Shown here piece after piece: positions 26,144 through 39,041 of a DNA stretch of 64,000 bases. The notes beneath the pieces were generated by a model. That model ran no database searches. It had not been told where the DNA came from and saw only the letters and a program-made list of their open reading frames with translations. The DNA is from Cystobasidiomycetes sp. EMM_F5 (lineage: Eukaryota), in NCBI GenBank assembly GCA_051047955.1, contig JBPGPT010000008.1, forward strand, positions 496,001 to 560,000, read 5' to 3'. Position numbers and translations under genes: made by a program. Within the stretch, counting starts at the first letter, position 1. The number at the start of each line of letters is the position of its first letter.

Positions 26144-26461
26144 ATTGAGGTGTTTGTAGAGAGTAGTATAGGGAACGGGGTGCTTTTCCGCTAGTTATCG
26201 GTTCTGCAGCAATGTCCCGATTAGCTATCGCCGTGCTTCAAATCGGACGCAACCCACTAAGGCTCAATCGAGGGTATCGACTGTGTGCCAGACAAGCTTA
26301 GACTGGATCAGCTGGGCGTGGGGGTGTGTTGGTTGCAAAGTGTTTGTAATTCTTTGCGACTTTTATTTCCAATTCTTCCTCGATCAGGAATGGAAGGCAG
26401 GGCAATCCACAAAGACAACCACCCGACAATCCCGTATTCTTGGGACGACACAACAGCAACC

Positions 26462-27518
26462 ATGGCAGACAATGCAGAGGAGCCCCAGAGAGCACGACGA
26501 ACGTTCAAGAAGTACCAGTACAGAGGCGTAGAGGTGAGGCAGACTGGAGGGGAAGACGATGGGGCAGTCGCGGAGTGGAAACTCGATACTGGAATCATAT
26601 ACACCTGCGACTCGTTACGATACACTACGACAACGCGGAGGATATCAGAAGGGCGCTTCATGGCGACATTCGAGGCATAGATCTCGGAGATGGGTACAGC
26701 AAGATATGCCAGGATGGAGCAGGACAGACACGACAAGCAGCAGGGAGCTTCTCACAGCGCACGCCTGGTCAAATCGAGTCACACGGATCATGCTTCTACT
26801 GATAGAGGTGCCGTTTTATGCTGCAGCAAACCTCGACGATAGCCGCGACAACCTGAACCCAGCAACCTCGATCCGCCGACCTCCGACAATTTCAACAGAC
26901 TCTGCGACTGCCCTCGCTCACCTCTCTCAATCCATCTAGCTACCTACTGACCTTTCTTAATTGTTAAAAACAGCTCGATGCCCTGCTCGACCTCAAGCCA
27001 GAGCAGTTTAGCGAGTTGGTACACGCTCGCGCACGGAGACGTTTCCAACGCGGCCTCGGAGCAAAGCACCACCGGTTCTTGAAGAAGCTCATCAAGGCTA
27101 AAAAGGAAGCCCTGCCAAATGAGAAGCCAGCGACCGTAAAGACCCATCTCCGAAATATGATTATCGTACCAGAGATGATTGGTGAGTAGTCGACGAATTA
27201 TGAATGCTGTGATTGTATACTGATTGTCCCTTTACAGGATCTGTCGTTGGTATCGTACGCTTACCTGCTTCGACCTCACCTTCGCCAGCTGCTGACTCCA
27301 TCTTATCCGCACAGTATAACGGAAAGACTTTCAACGCCGTCGAGATCAAGCCAGAGGTACATTTCCAAATCATCTCGCACTCACGCATACTAATATACCT
27401 CTGGTATGCCCAGATGACTGGATTCTACCTCGCCGAATTCTCAATCTCCTACAGGCCAATCATGCACGGCAGACCCGGTCTAGGCGCAACTTCTGCCCGC
27501 TTCATCCCTCTCAAGTAG
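26462..27518 (+). CDS. RPS15: 40S ribosomal protein S15 (uS19)
   Basis: [19 protein letters not shown]...[36 protein letters not shown]...ARFIPLK; 4 introns, first about 440 nt. Confidence 0.96.
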
Positions 27519-27741
27519 ACAGGACACGTATGCGTGTTTTCTCAACCCTTTGTTGTCGTCTAGGCAAGGAATTTCAGTGTTGCCCTGCATAAACGGAAAT
27601 GGAGCTTTGATGACTGTCGATTCTCGTCCACGGCAAGACGTAATACTGCATACATCGCAACTAAATGTCTATAAATCTACCTGACTAATCGGTTAGAATG
27701 CCATCGCTTAGTACAACTTGCATCGCAAACATTTTCGCCCA

Positions 27742-29996
27742 CTACCTCACGAGTCCCCACCCCTTTTTGCTGGGCGTCGTCAGGCCTTCCTCTTTGACTG
27801 TCGGAAGGAGAACTGACGCTCTCCTCTCGTGTCGTATCCGGGCTCCTTCTCCGCGTTCCACGTCTCCTTTAGCCTGATTGTACAACCACAAACCAAAGAA
27901 GGTCAATGAGATTCCGATGGCTTGAACGGTGTAAATGTGCTGCCCAAACCAAACGATGGCCATGCAAATCACGGCAATCCGCTTGATGAGTGAAGCGATA
28001 GAGTATGTGACTGGACTCGTGAGCGCAAGAATCGCAAAGGCCAGCAGATTTTGTAAAAAGTGCACACTCCCGTTGATGGTGTATAACATCACGAGGGTTC
28101 CTATACTCGCTGTCCGAGGTGCCGCAGAGGGAGAGCCAAAGAGCAGTGCAGATGCATCGTAGTAGGCCCACAGTGGAATCATGCAGAGGAAAGCAACGCC
28201 AGAACTATACAGAAGCAGATGCAACTTGTCCAACTTGCGTTCGCCTGCTCCGCTTGCATTTCCTGCAACGCCGTGGTCGTGATGAGTCGCTCCGTCTTTG
28301 GGTAACAGTTTTTTGCTAAATATGTTTTGCGAGACAAAGACCAGAGTACTACCCAGTGCGCACAGGAAGCCCAACGCGTTGGCTCGGAAGTCGAAGGAAC
28401 AAGCTAGCATTACGCCAGAAGTGAGGGGAAAGAGGGAGATGTACGTTTTGGACGTGTAGCGTGCCCCAAAGAGCACCGCGTATGACAAGACAGTAAAGAG
28501 AGGAGAGAGGGCCTGAAAAGGAGATCGGGATCGTAGGACTCCATGAGCAACAGAAGACATGGCACAGACAAAGAAACTAAGCCTACCTTGATAGTATGTA
28601 CGGTACTGACTGGCACTCTAGCAATCGCCATACTCGAAAAGATGTGGCCGCCCACTTGGAAAACGGACATGACTAGCGTATTTGACAACTGATGCTTGGA
28701 TGGCGTCTGAATACCCCATCCCTGCAGATTTCTCGGCACAGAGACTGAATGTCGCAACTTGCTACTGCCGGGAGGTCCACCATTCTGCAATGACGCCGCT
28801 CGCCCCGCTTGGAATTGCGCAATCTTTGCCCTCCCAATCAGAAAGACGATGCACCAACCGGCGACAAAGCCAAATTGGATAAATGTAAGCGTGACGGGAT
28901 ATCGGAAGCGGTTCATGATGCTCTTGCCCGTGTTGGAAGACAGTGCAGACGACGTGTACCATAGTCCACAATATGAAGCGAATCGCACAGTCGATATGGA
29001 AGGAGTGACTGCCTGTGCTATACTTTTCCGACGCGAATGGCTCGAAGTCGTTGATGGACCGGCAGGATGGGAATGAGATGGCGCGCCAGCCGACGAGGCT
29101 TGAATGTAGCCATTGGATTTTGCAAAGTGCGCATGCGCATGCGGGACGCTGTTATACACATTGGGTTGGGAGTTCTGCTCAAAGGCTGCATGATGTACGT
29201 TCCTGTGCACCTGCTGTTGATGCGGCAAGTAAGCTTGCTGAGATGGCTGATGTTGAGGATTGAGATAGTTATGCGAATAGTGTGATTGCTGCGTATTGCT
29301 CGTACTGGCAGACGCTACGGCTACAGTACCACTGTTGGCTCGAGCTCGTACATTGGTTCCTTCACCATACTGTTGAGACAAGGTGGAAGAAGAAGCTACT
29401 TTTGGAGACGTAATACCGAATCTCTCTTGTCGTTCGTCAAGCACAGGTGATGTAAGTATTGACGCAGGCGAGGTGGAGCGAGGTCCGGTCGAGAGTGACA
29501 GTGATTGCTGTAAATGAGGAGCGGTTGAGCCGTTTGGCGCATATGAATGGCCATTTGCGGAGGCGGAAGTCGGCAGAGACGAGCTGTGATTTAGCGCAGC
29601 GCTCGTGGGTACATTCGAGCCCTTGCGCTGGGTAAATGTGGATGTTGCGGTCGCCATTGTCGATACTGGCGGAGTTACGGAAACGCTACCACTGGACGTC
29701 GCAGCGGCGCTCAACCTGTGACGAGGAATACTCGGACTGCGAGCAGCTACTTCTGCGCTAGAATCTCGCGAATTGACAATCGCAGACGCCTTTGACCCGC
29801 TGGGGATTGCTGCCGAATTGAGCAATGGACTGGGCGAACGGCTTGCTGGCGGTGACGGCGGCAGATATGTCGTGTAATTGGGCACGTAGCTGACGTGCGA
29901 AGTGGTTTTGCTGGGGCTGCCAATGCTATCGAGGCCGGTGACCGTGTCGCTGATACGTGGAGGACTGCGTGAGCGATGGACCGCCAGTCCCGGCAT
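27742..29996 (-). CDS. Triose-phosphate/nucleotide-sugar transporter family protein (SLC35E/Sly41-like)
   Basis: LWYTSSALSSNTGKSI, FRYPVTLTFIQF, VPVSTVHTIK|ALSPLFTV, SPVTYSIASLIKRIAVI; long S/T-rich N-terminus; start uncertain. Confidence 0.88.
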
Positions 29997-30470
29997 GGCA
30001 CGACCGCAGTCGTGAGGTTGATAATTTATATCTGCTGGAGACTCGACGATGCCGCTGACTTTGCTTGCCAATTATGTCTTGGCTCGAGGTCTTGTTGAGC
30101 TCGAACTGCAGCAACTCAGGGAACGGTCGCGGCGTCTTGCTTCCACCCTCTCGGATATTATGTTGCACTATTGCATTGCCGTAGTGTCGGTATCGTGGGC
30201 CAGGGTGAGTGCAAGGTAAAGAAAGCTTAAGAGAGACTCGCGAAATTACGATAGGGCAACAAGTCTACCAGTAGCAAGATATCTTGATTATCGTTGACAG
30301 TCGTTGATTGCATTCATTTAGTTGCATGTCATTTAAACTAGGCTACAGGTGATGTATGCGATTGCTAAGATTGCTGTTGAAAACACTAACGTAAAAGCGG
30401 AGACAATAGATTAAAAAGGTTTGGTCTCTGCGAGTCGTGGCATTAAAGACTTGAAGGCTCTAGTGAACGG

Positions 30471-32720
30471 TCACTGTGCAAACTTCGACATAGTTCGCAG
30501 TCTTGCGCCGTACTTGAGGAGGAGATACATTGGCGGGACCATAATGATGGCTAGGCCAGCAAGTAATGAGGAGCCCGGGCCAATACCAAGGTTGACGAAA
30601 AGAGCATGGCCGAACAAAGGAAAAATGCTGGCGACTACGCCCCTGATTAGCGCGTTCCCGGCAAGAACTGAGGCGGCCTTCGATTGATATGCCTGCAGAA
30701 GATGGAGTTTCAGTTCCTACCTATCCACAGGTCTCTCGTGTTTCTGTGTGCTTACCATCGGAAGGTACACGATCGCGCCCTGAAAAACTAGGTAGATGCC
30801 AGGCAGATAGAGAGATGCTCCGATGACTGGCGCTATCCAATGAACGCTCTCACGGGAAGTCCAGCCGAATATCAGGAGGGCGGCCGGGATGATAGCAGCA
30901 CCAACCAAGGCAACCTTGAGGCGGTCTTCTGGTACGAGAATTCCAGTTTTCTTGAACTTAGCGATCACCACATTCTTTTGATACCAATAGTAAATTGCCA
31001 AAGTCGGGGCTAAAGCAATGATGAAGCCCACGAACGGCAAGCCCGCCTCTCCAAGATTGAACTGATAGATGCCATTGAATACCAAGGGGAAAGACTCGAA
31101 CCATAAGTAGAAGACTGCATATACCAGCCCGATGTATATGTCCAGGAAGGCGACCATGGGCTCGAGCAAAAGCCGGAAGGGAGTCAACAGAGCATTTGTC
31201 ATGATCTCTGACGAAGACATGGCAGCCTGGTCCAATTCCGACTTTGATCTCAAGTCTTTGTTGCCTGTCAACTTCCGAAGCCGTTGGGCACGACGGAGAA
31301 GAATGGTCGCGTGCGAAGTTTCCGGGAAGAGGAAGCTGAGCACGATGAAGCAGAAGAGACTGAGGAACAAGAGCATGTATAATGGCCACCTCCAATTCTC
31401 TTCTTGTGCAGCGAAGCCACCTGGAGTGTATACCAAGCACTGTCAGAACGAGGCCCCGATCGAGACGAAAAACGTATTTACCGGCTACTGGGCCGATGAC
31501 AGGGCCCGCAACAGCTGCATAGGATCATATCACTTCAGTTTATCGAATCAATTGTATTAATTGAAAAAAGCAGCCCACCTCCGGCGGACCAGATGGCAGT
31601 CACAAGAGGGACATCAAGGAAGTGGAAAGTATCGGTGAGCGTTGCACCGCCTGTAGACAATGCTGGACTGCAAACAAATCCAGCAAAGAAGCGCATTGCC
31701 ATAAGCGTCGAATAGTTCGGCGCGAGTGCCGTCGGTATTTGAAGAATGACGAAAATGAATAATGATATTTGATAGACGTATAGTCGACCAATAGATGGGA
31801 TTTCCGTAAGCGGCGAGACTAGAGTTGGAATGCAGCAGATGTTAGCAACGTTTGAACATTTCTCCAGACCTCGAAAATTTATTTACGAATCATTGGCCCG
31901 AGTCCGTACCCAAGGACGTAGAGTGATAAACCGAGTAAGGCTTTCGTCTGCGAGACTCCAAACTGCTCTTGAACGCCACTGATGCTTGGAGTAAATATAG
32001 CTGAACCAATCTTTCCGTTCCAAATCAAGATTAGCATCAATTACACCCATATTCTCCAACTTCACTCACATAGACGCTGAAAGTGAGCAGCATGACCTGG
32101 AACAATAGCAAGCCTTTCTTTGCTCTGGTCCAGTTCCTGTTCGTTGTTGAGTTCAGCAACTTACGTTCGCCTTTAATCTTTTCGCGGAAAGTGGCGACTC
32201 ACTGGGGGTTATCCGGGTCTTCTGGACCATACCAATCAACGAGGTTAGGGTCTACACCTTGTTCAAGTGCAGCCGCAGCCTCCGCATCTGTCAATGCAGG
32301 TTTCTTCTCTCCCGCGGCCTTGCCACTGTCACGTTCGTTAAGTGTTGCATTGTCGCTGTCAGCGCGAGACGGCTCTGCAGGAGTGGGAGTATGGCATCGC
32401 GTCGCATTCGGCGTGAGCGTCCTTGAGCTATTCTGAGAAGCAGTAAGGTGCTCGTCGTTATGGCTGTTTTGCTCGCTTGACGCGTTTCCAGCTGTAGCGC
32501 CAGGAGGTGAGATGGCTTCTGATGGAAGAGTGGAAGAAGCAGCCTTCTTGGGGCTTGAGGTGGACGAGAGATGAAGTGCTTGCTTCTCTTGCGCGGATTT
32601 GGGCCTATACCGGTCTGGGACGACAAAATCTTCTCGTTGTTCAGGAAAAGGCAACAGTCGACCCTTCGTGACGTGATTCACGAAAAGGCCAACCGTAGAT
32701 TCTCTGAGGATAGCCTGCAT
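30471..32720 (-). CDS. MFS drug:H+ antiporter, DHA1 family (Flr1/Caf5/Mdr1-like)
   Basis: VDWYGPEDPDNPQ|NW; WRWPLY; FPETSHATIL; PEDRL; VHWIAPVIG; multiple introns. Confidence 0.92.
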
Positions 32721-32887
32721 GATCTTGAAGAAGCTCTTGCGATGAATGTATTTTGTGCAAAAGCAGAAGCAACTTCAACGACTCGCTAGCTTTTTGTATC
32801 TTCCCAAATTGCGCCAAGTCGGATTGAAATCTTTGAGCCGATGACGAATTCACCGCATATCGCCGACAAGGTCGGCTAACTAGCTGA

Positions 32888-33160
32888 TTACTAAAGTTAG
32901 TAAGCGAAAGAGATGAGATGATTAGAATTAATTGTAATGAGCTTCAGCGAGATTGTAATGAATGATTACTAATGCTCACAAGTCAGTTTATAAGTCGCTG
33001 ATTCATGGCTTCAGACTAGTGTCCATTACTAATGCATTACAAATACACGAGCACTTTGCTTCATCATACTGCACTGATACCCTTGGCACCATCATGATGC
33101 CTCGTGCGAAACGTGTATCACTCAGCCCAGCTGATTGGAGATTAACATACTCCTTACTAA
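32888..33160. promoter_or_regulatory. Cluster of Yap1/Pap1 (AP-1) response elements
   Basis: TTACTAA at 32888, 32966, 33026, 33154; TTAGTAA at 32897; TTACAAA at 33037; all upstream of the DHA1 gene. Confidence 0.7.
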
Positions 33161-33197
33161 TCCTGCGAGATGATATCGCCTTTTTGATTCCGACCTT

Positions 33198-34213
33198 CTA
33201 CAAAGCATCCCACATTACCGACCTCCGACCCATCGCACCATCCGGTGTCGCCGTGACGGTCGTATTGCTCGAGGCGGTCAGGGCGGGTCGGGTAGTATAT
33301 GAAGTGGAGGTAGTGCACAATGGGTAGATGCATTCTGCGTTCGAAGCGCATGAAGCAATCGCGCCACACGGCAGCACGTACGTCGTCGTTGGTCTGCCAG
33401 AGTCGACAAACGAATAATACGGCACGATGGTAGTGATGGTCGACAGCGGGCAGGTATTGGATGATGTAGCGTTCGACGGGCTGACGACCGGTATGGCAGA
33501 GGTCACAGATGATGGTGCGGCAGTCATAGTGACTGTGGTTGTCCTGGTTGTGTTCGTCCCGCAAGCCGGACGGGTAGTCGCAGTAATGACGGCCCACTGC
33601 GGCGTGGGAATATCCGTAAAAGTAGTCCAGATCGACGCAGGACAGCTTGGACACGGGCACGCTTGTCCAGAAGGACACGCTGGACAACTAGCAGTGCACG
33701 GGATCGAATTCGGAACTTCGACACTGTTGACCACAGGCGTGGCAGTCCAGCTGCCAGTGAAATTGCCTGTGCATATCGGAGCGGGTTTATCTGTACCGCT
33801 ACATGAAGATCCAGGTGGACAGTAAGGTCTGCAAGGGTATGTTGTATTGACAATTGTCGTCGAAATGACTGTCGGTGGTGGTCCAGTTGCGACCGTAGGA
33901 GTAATTGTGGTCTGCAATATTCAAAAGCATTTTCTTAGCTCATTTTCTTGTACAAAACAAACAGTATCCTACTCACCGTTATGAGGCTACACACAGCAAT
34001 GCAGACTTCTGCCGTGCACGGTTTGCATATGGTTGTGACGTAGGGGGACGACGGGACGGGGCGTGAAGAAGGGACGATGGTGGATACGACGGGCAGCGTA
34101 GTCACAGTTCTGGTGGTCGTCATCGTTGGTGGGCTGCTTGTCTGGGCATTCACGGCAGTCGCAGCCGCCAGAAGGACGGCACACAGCCCGACGAAGACCA
34201 TTCTTTCGCCCAT
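33198..34213 (-). CDS. Secreted Cys/Thr/Pro-rich protein of unknown function
   Basis: Signal peptide VFVGLCAVLLAAATAVNA; Thr-rich tracts alternating with Cys clusters; one intron near 33912-33976. Confidence 0.75.
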
Positions 34214-34427
34214 CTTGATATGCTATGATATGTACGCTTGTTGGGCAGGTAATGTATGCAGTTGTGTTCATGCAGATGGGTGCAGAGCTGACTTGCATTT
34301 GGGAATCTTTGCAAAAAGCCGGTTGACGCCGTCACATATCCAAACAGCCATTGCGGAGCACCGTCATTCGAAATGCATACAGGCGGCTGACATTGTATTG
34401 TGCGACCTATACTACAGATGGTAGAGC

Positions 34428-36073
34428 TCACCGCCGCTTGGCAGCTTTGGCGTACAGACTGTCTACGACCTGACCGACCTGCTTGAACGTCTCGAGTGCC
34501 GTATCGTACGTCTTATCCTCCTGCGGTTCATCAAACACAATCAAGCAGCCTGCACCCTGGTCTAATATACCGTGAAACACCTTGTCCAGTATCATTTGGC
34601 TGAGTCTGTATGCCTCTTGTTAGCCGGAGTGCCCGCAAGGTGCACGAAATGGACAACTGACTTGCTCTCCACCATGGCGACAGGCTGCTTCACCAGCTCA
34701 GCTACATAGTCAATCTCGACGCGGCTGTATGGCTCGATGACTCGAACCAAGTTCTGCTCGAGTAGCGTGTCATACAGCGCCGCCAAATGATTCCGAATGA
34801 TTGGGTCGTCGGATAGTTCTGCCATTCAAAGAGACTAAAGCATCAGCGCTGCTGAACAACTTTTCCCGCTGGCCGCTTACGAGATTTGTGCGTTTTCAGA
34901 GCGTCTTGGTACTCCTCCAGACTCCGGTGCTCATGTGCAGCTGCAACGGCCTTCATGGCATCCACGTCGGGTCCAATGTACCTTTTCGCCAACTTTGAAG
35001 CGATAATGGCTTCGACATCCTCCGGCTGCATCACCAACGTTGATCACACTTTATCAGTACGAGTGCATCAGGATCAGAGCCTCGCATGCTCACCAAACTC
35101 AGCATAATCTTGCAGAGGAGCATGTATTTGAGCGCTCTTGACGCTCTCGGGTCATCCTGAGACGACAAGCCCTCGAGCGCTTCGAAAAAGTACGAGTATC
35201 CAGTCTTGTAGTCCTTTTCCTCTGCATGCAGTACACCACTCTGCAAGTCCAGCTGAGCCTGCAGGATGGGCGGGCAGTAAATGGCATTTGCGGCTGTTCG
35301 AGCGGACGTAAGGGCTGCTCGGGCTTTCGGAAGGTTGGCTAGCGCATGATTGACGCGTGATTCGAGGAGATGTACTTCAGTCAGGATCATCTTGTCATCT
35401 AGCCGTTTCAATTCGCGGAGAAGGGATTCGATGAGTGTTTGCGCTTCGCGGTGATTACCCGTTTCGATATATCTGCCATGAAGAGCCGTTAATGTCAGCT
35501 TGACTACTCGGGGGTGAATTCGCCAAACGCACAATGCCACTAATCTCGTCTCTAGATTCTGTTTTAAAAAGATTCGCTTTTCCGATTTCGCCCATTCGAT
35601 GTTCTCTTGCGTCACTTTGATTTGAGCGTCTCTGGAGTTTGGGATGGCGTTGAAAAAGTCGATGAGCGTGCGGATAAGTTTGGCCGTCTTTGCTTTGGCG
35701 ATTGTGCTCATGAATGTTCGAGAGGATCGGACGACATCGCCTAGCGCTTCGGCATTTCTGCATCGTAACAGTGTACGGTCAGCGTTGGTTGCTAGTGCTC
35801 TCCAGTTTTGGGCGTGGATGCGTTACGCACTGTTGATCTCGGTACAGCTCGCCCAACTTGACGATAGCAGTCTCCTTTTCGCGCAGTGCGACATCGTCAG
35901 ATGGGTCTTTCGTACATACGACAGAGGAGAAAAGGAAACATAATCAGCAAGCCTGCCTCGTTTGCTGCCTTTGCTGTTCATAGCCCACCTGTCTTGCGCT
36001 CAAGGATATCCTTCAATTCAGCCTCGCCAGTCCCATTCGGCGGAGCGGATGTCGATGTGCTGGCTATCGACAT
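34428..36073 (-). CDS. RPN6: 26S proteasome lid subunit Rpn6 (PCI domain)
   Basis: [74 protein letters not shown]. Exact ends approximate. Confidence 0.95.
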
Positions 36074-36358
36074 GATGGAGCAGAATATGAGATATCGCAG
36101 TATATGTTGGGCAGCTGGCAAGCTGAGTATCGCGAATCCCAGGTCCAATGCTGCATTGATCGAGGCACAGATGGACTGGATGACGCGGCTGCTAGCTTTC
36201 CTTTCCTCCTCCGACTCAGCAAAATGATTGAAATACAACAATCAAGTCTTATTATGCAGCACACAAACTCCCATCTTGCTCCGCGTTCTCCTTGTCCGGG
36301 TCAAACTGCGGCCAAAGAACAATTATATTAACCTTACGTAGACCGCAAAAAGCAGCAA

Positions 36359-37171
36359 TCATTTTCCCCGTTGCTGACGCTTGCGTTCGTTAAATATGAT
36401 GCCGAGGGCGGATACAAGAACGAGGTCGACCCTAGGAGCCACCTCGACAATGTACGTGTCTCGGCCAGCGATGAAGCCTCCAAGTCTGCTGTAATCCCTG
36501 TGCAGTCGGGCAATCACCGCGCCAGTCTGGACTATCCGTATGTCGGCCTTCCACTCGAGCCAGTTTCCCACCACTTCCAGCTGGACGGGTCTGTTTGTCA
36601 CTGCGTCCGTAAGCCATACGGTGAACTTTGGCTTCAGAGGTGACCATTTCCCTTCGGCACGAAATAGTGGTACATTGTCGTCGTGAATTCCAAAGACGGC
36701 GAAATCGGTGAAAATGCTGAGCAATTTCCTCCTTATTGTGACCATGGGCTGCCCGTGTGCATCGTTGAGTCCTGACGGGACAGACGCCTCGTGTTAGTTA
36801 TATGCGGACGATTTCGGATGCTGCGTACATACTTGTCTCGCTTCTCAAGCTAAAGAATTTACCATCCGCCTGCAAGACACAGTTGCCATACTGATCTCTG
36901 ATCCTGCAAGCGTAAAGATGTATGCGTTGTTAAAAGGTGTGATCCGCTTTCCCGCTCAAACTCACTGATAGTCATTTCCGCTGACGGAAAAGAGGTTGTC
37001 CTGCAGGATTAGGTTGGTATACTGGTCTGGAGCAAAGTTCGGAAAGATGCCAAAGGGCTGCGGCTGAGGAGGAAGGTCGGGTCGTGCTGTGTATGGAGGT
37101 GGCGAAAAGCCGACTTGTCCATGCTGCTGTTGTTGCGGTGGATGAGGAGAGAAAGCTGCGTCGACGCCCAT
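36359..37171 (-). CDS. LURP-one-related / Tubby C-terminal-like protein, copy 1
   Basis: LILQDNLFSVSGNDY; ADGKFFSLRSET; IRRKLLS; LEVVGNW; DTYIVEVAPRVDLVLVSALGIIFNE. Confidence 0.85.
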
Positions 37172-37578
37172 GATGGCTTTACGGAAGTACTCAAATTAGC
37201 GCTGTGCTTATATGCACGCTCTCTTGCTGAAAGTGAACAAAGCTGCACTGCGATTGTCTTTCTCGGCCTTAGCTTCACCGAATCACCTGACTTCTCCGCA
37301 ATGGGCAGTATACGCCCTACAGTATGTGGGACACGGTCTTTTGCAACAATCTGGAAGCCAAGAGTCGAGAAGAGCGCTGTCCGGGTTTTTGATGCCCAAA
37401 AATCTTCCACGGATTTTGTGAGTGCGGGGAGCTATGGATTTCACTGCATAGACGTCTGAGCACAAGTACAACAACATCGGTAACTGCGATAGATAACGTA
37501 TGCTTTATTATGCCCGTTGAGGCGTGCCAGCGGGTTCTGCCCGGCCACTCCCTCGTGAGCATTTGGGTGGTGAAGAAA

Positions 37579-38346
37579 TCAATTGAAGATGGAAATTCTG
37601 TCATTCCTCGAGTTATCTCTACGTGCGCGTTGCCTCTCGTCATAGATAATCCCGAGAGCAACGATAAAGGCCAAATCAACGTGGGGCGCGACTTGCATGA
37701 CGTATGTGTCGCGACCCATGAGGAGACCAGGAAGACTGCTGTAGTCTCTATGTAATCGAGCGATGACCTGGCCAGTGTGGACGATTCGTACTTCTGCCCT
37801 ATAATCGAGCCAGTTGCCGACGACCTCTACTTGCACAGGTCGACCGGTAAGGGCATCGGTGAACCAGGCAGTGAATTTGGGTTTGAAGTTGAAGGGAGAG
37901 AACTTTCCTTCCGCACGGAAGATGGGCTCCACGTCGTTGCCTGGCCCGAATACTGAGTACGAATGAAACATGCTGAGCAATTTGCGGCGGATCGTGATCA
38001 TTGGTCGCCCATAGGCGTCGAGGAGTCCTAGAGCGACGAAGCAGCTTGTTTAGCGGTGTAATAATGAGATGGATGTCATTACATACTCGTCTCATTTCTG
38101 AAGCTGAAGAACTGGCCATCTGCTTGAAGAACGCAGTTGCCGAATTGATCTTTTATTCTGATCATGAGGGCATCAGAGTCAGTGAATGAGATGAGTACCT
38201 GAACCCCTTTCGACTTACTGATAGTCGTTACCAGAGAATGAAAACATGTTTTCTTTGAGTATGAGGGTTGTGTATTGATTCGGGGAGAAGTTGGGAAACA
38301 GTCCCAAGGGCTGGGGTAGAGGTTGAAGAGGGGCGAACGAGCTCAT
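37579..38346 (-). CDS. LURP-one-related / Tubby C-terminal-like protein, copy 2
   Basis: LILKENMFSFSGNDY; ADGQFFSFRNET; IRRKLLS; VEVVGNW; DTYVMQVAPHVDLAFIVALGIIYDE; same exon layout as copy 1. Confidence 0.85.
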
Positions 38347-39041
38347 GATGATATGTGTGTAGTGAGTGCGTGAAGCGTGGTGTGTGCTCTGATTGCGGTG
38401 ATATCTGATGTGGAAAGGAGGAAAGACAAAGACAAGGACGAGGACGACGAAGTGCTTTCAGAAGACTACCCTGCAGCCTTGCACACCGCATCTGTGCGGC
38501 TCCGCTGTGCGCTGCGTCTGCGCTATCGCTTCCGTGTACGCCGCCGGCGATGCTGCCAGGCACACGAGAGAATATGCGGCTGTACCGCATTCCTTTTGCG
38601 GACACAGATGAGAACGGACGACGAGTAAGAATGGGAGGCAGCTTCCATTGTTCTTTTAGTCAATCAATCAGTATTAGTACTAAGTATAGGGCTGTCTGGG
38701 AAGCTGGATAAAGTGATAGCTTTCAGACATGTGCTCAGAAGAAATACAAGTTAGAGCTTCGATTTGCAGAGCCATGGCGGGCATGTATTAGGATCTCGCA
38801 GCATAGTAACCAGTCGAGATTTGTGAATATATCAGTCTTGCATTTCTATCAGTCTTTAGCCAGTTGCCAGCCTCCCTCTCTCTTTCCACGATATCGATAT
38901 CGACTATTCGAATGCAAGCAACGACGAGCAGCCAGCCTACACCTCGGTGCGCCTACAGAAACAATGCGGAAACTATGCCACGCCTTCTCGTCCAACTGGA
39001 GTCACTGACTGCGCTTTTGTTCGATATCTTAGATTGAAACC

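Noticed and set aside
26534..26973. Intronic box C/D snoRNA in the RPS15 (or DBP2) long intron
   Set aside because: No canonical RTGATGA box C found by eye; an H/ACA RNA cannot be excluded without an Infernal scan.
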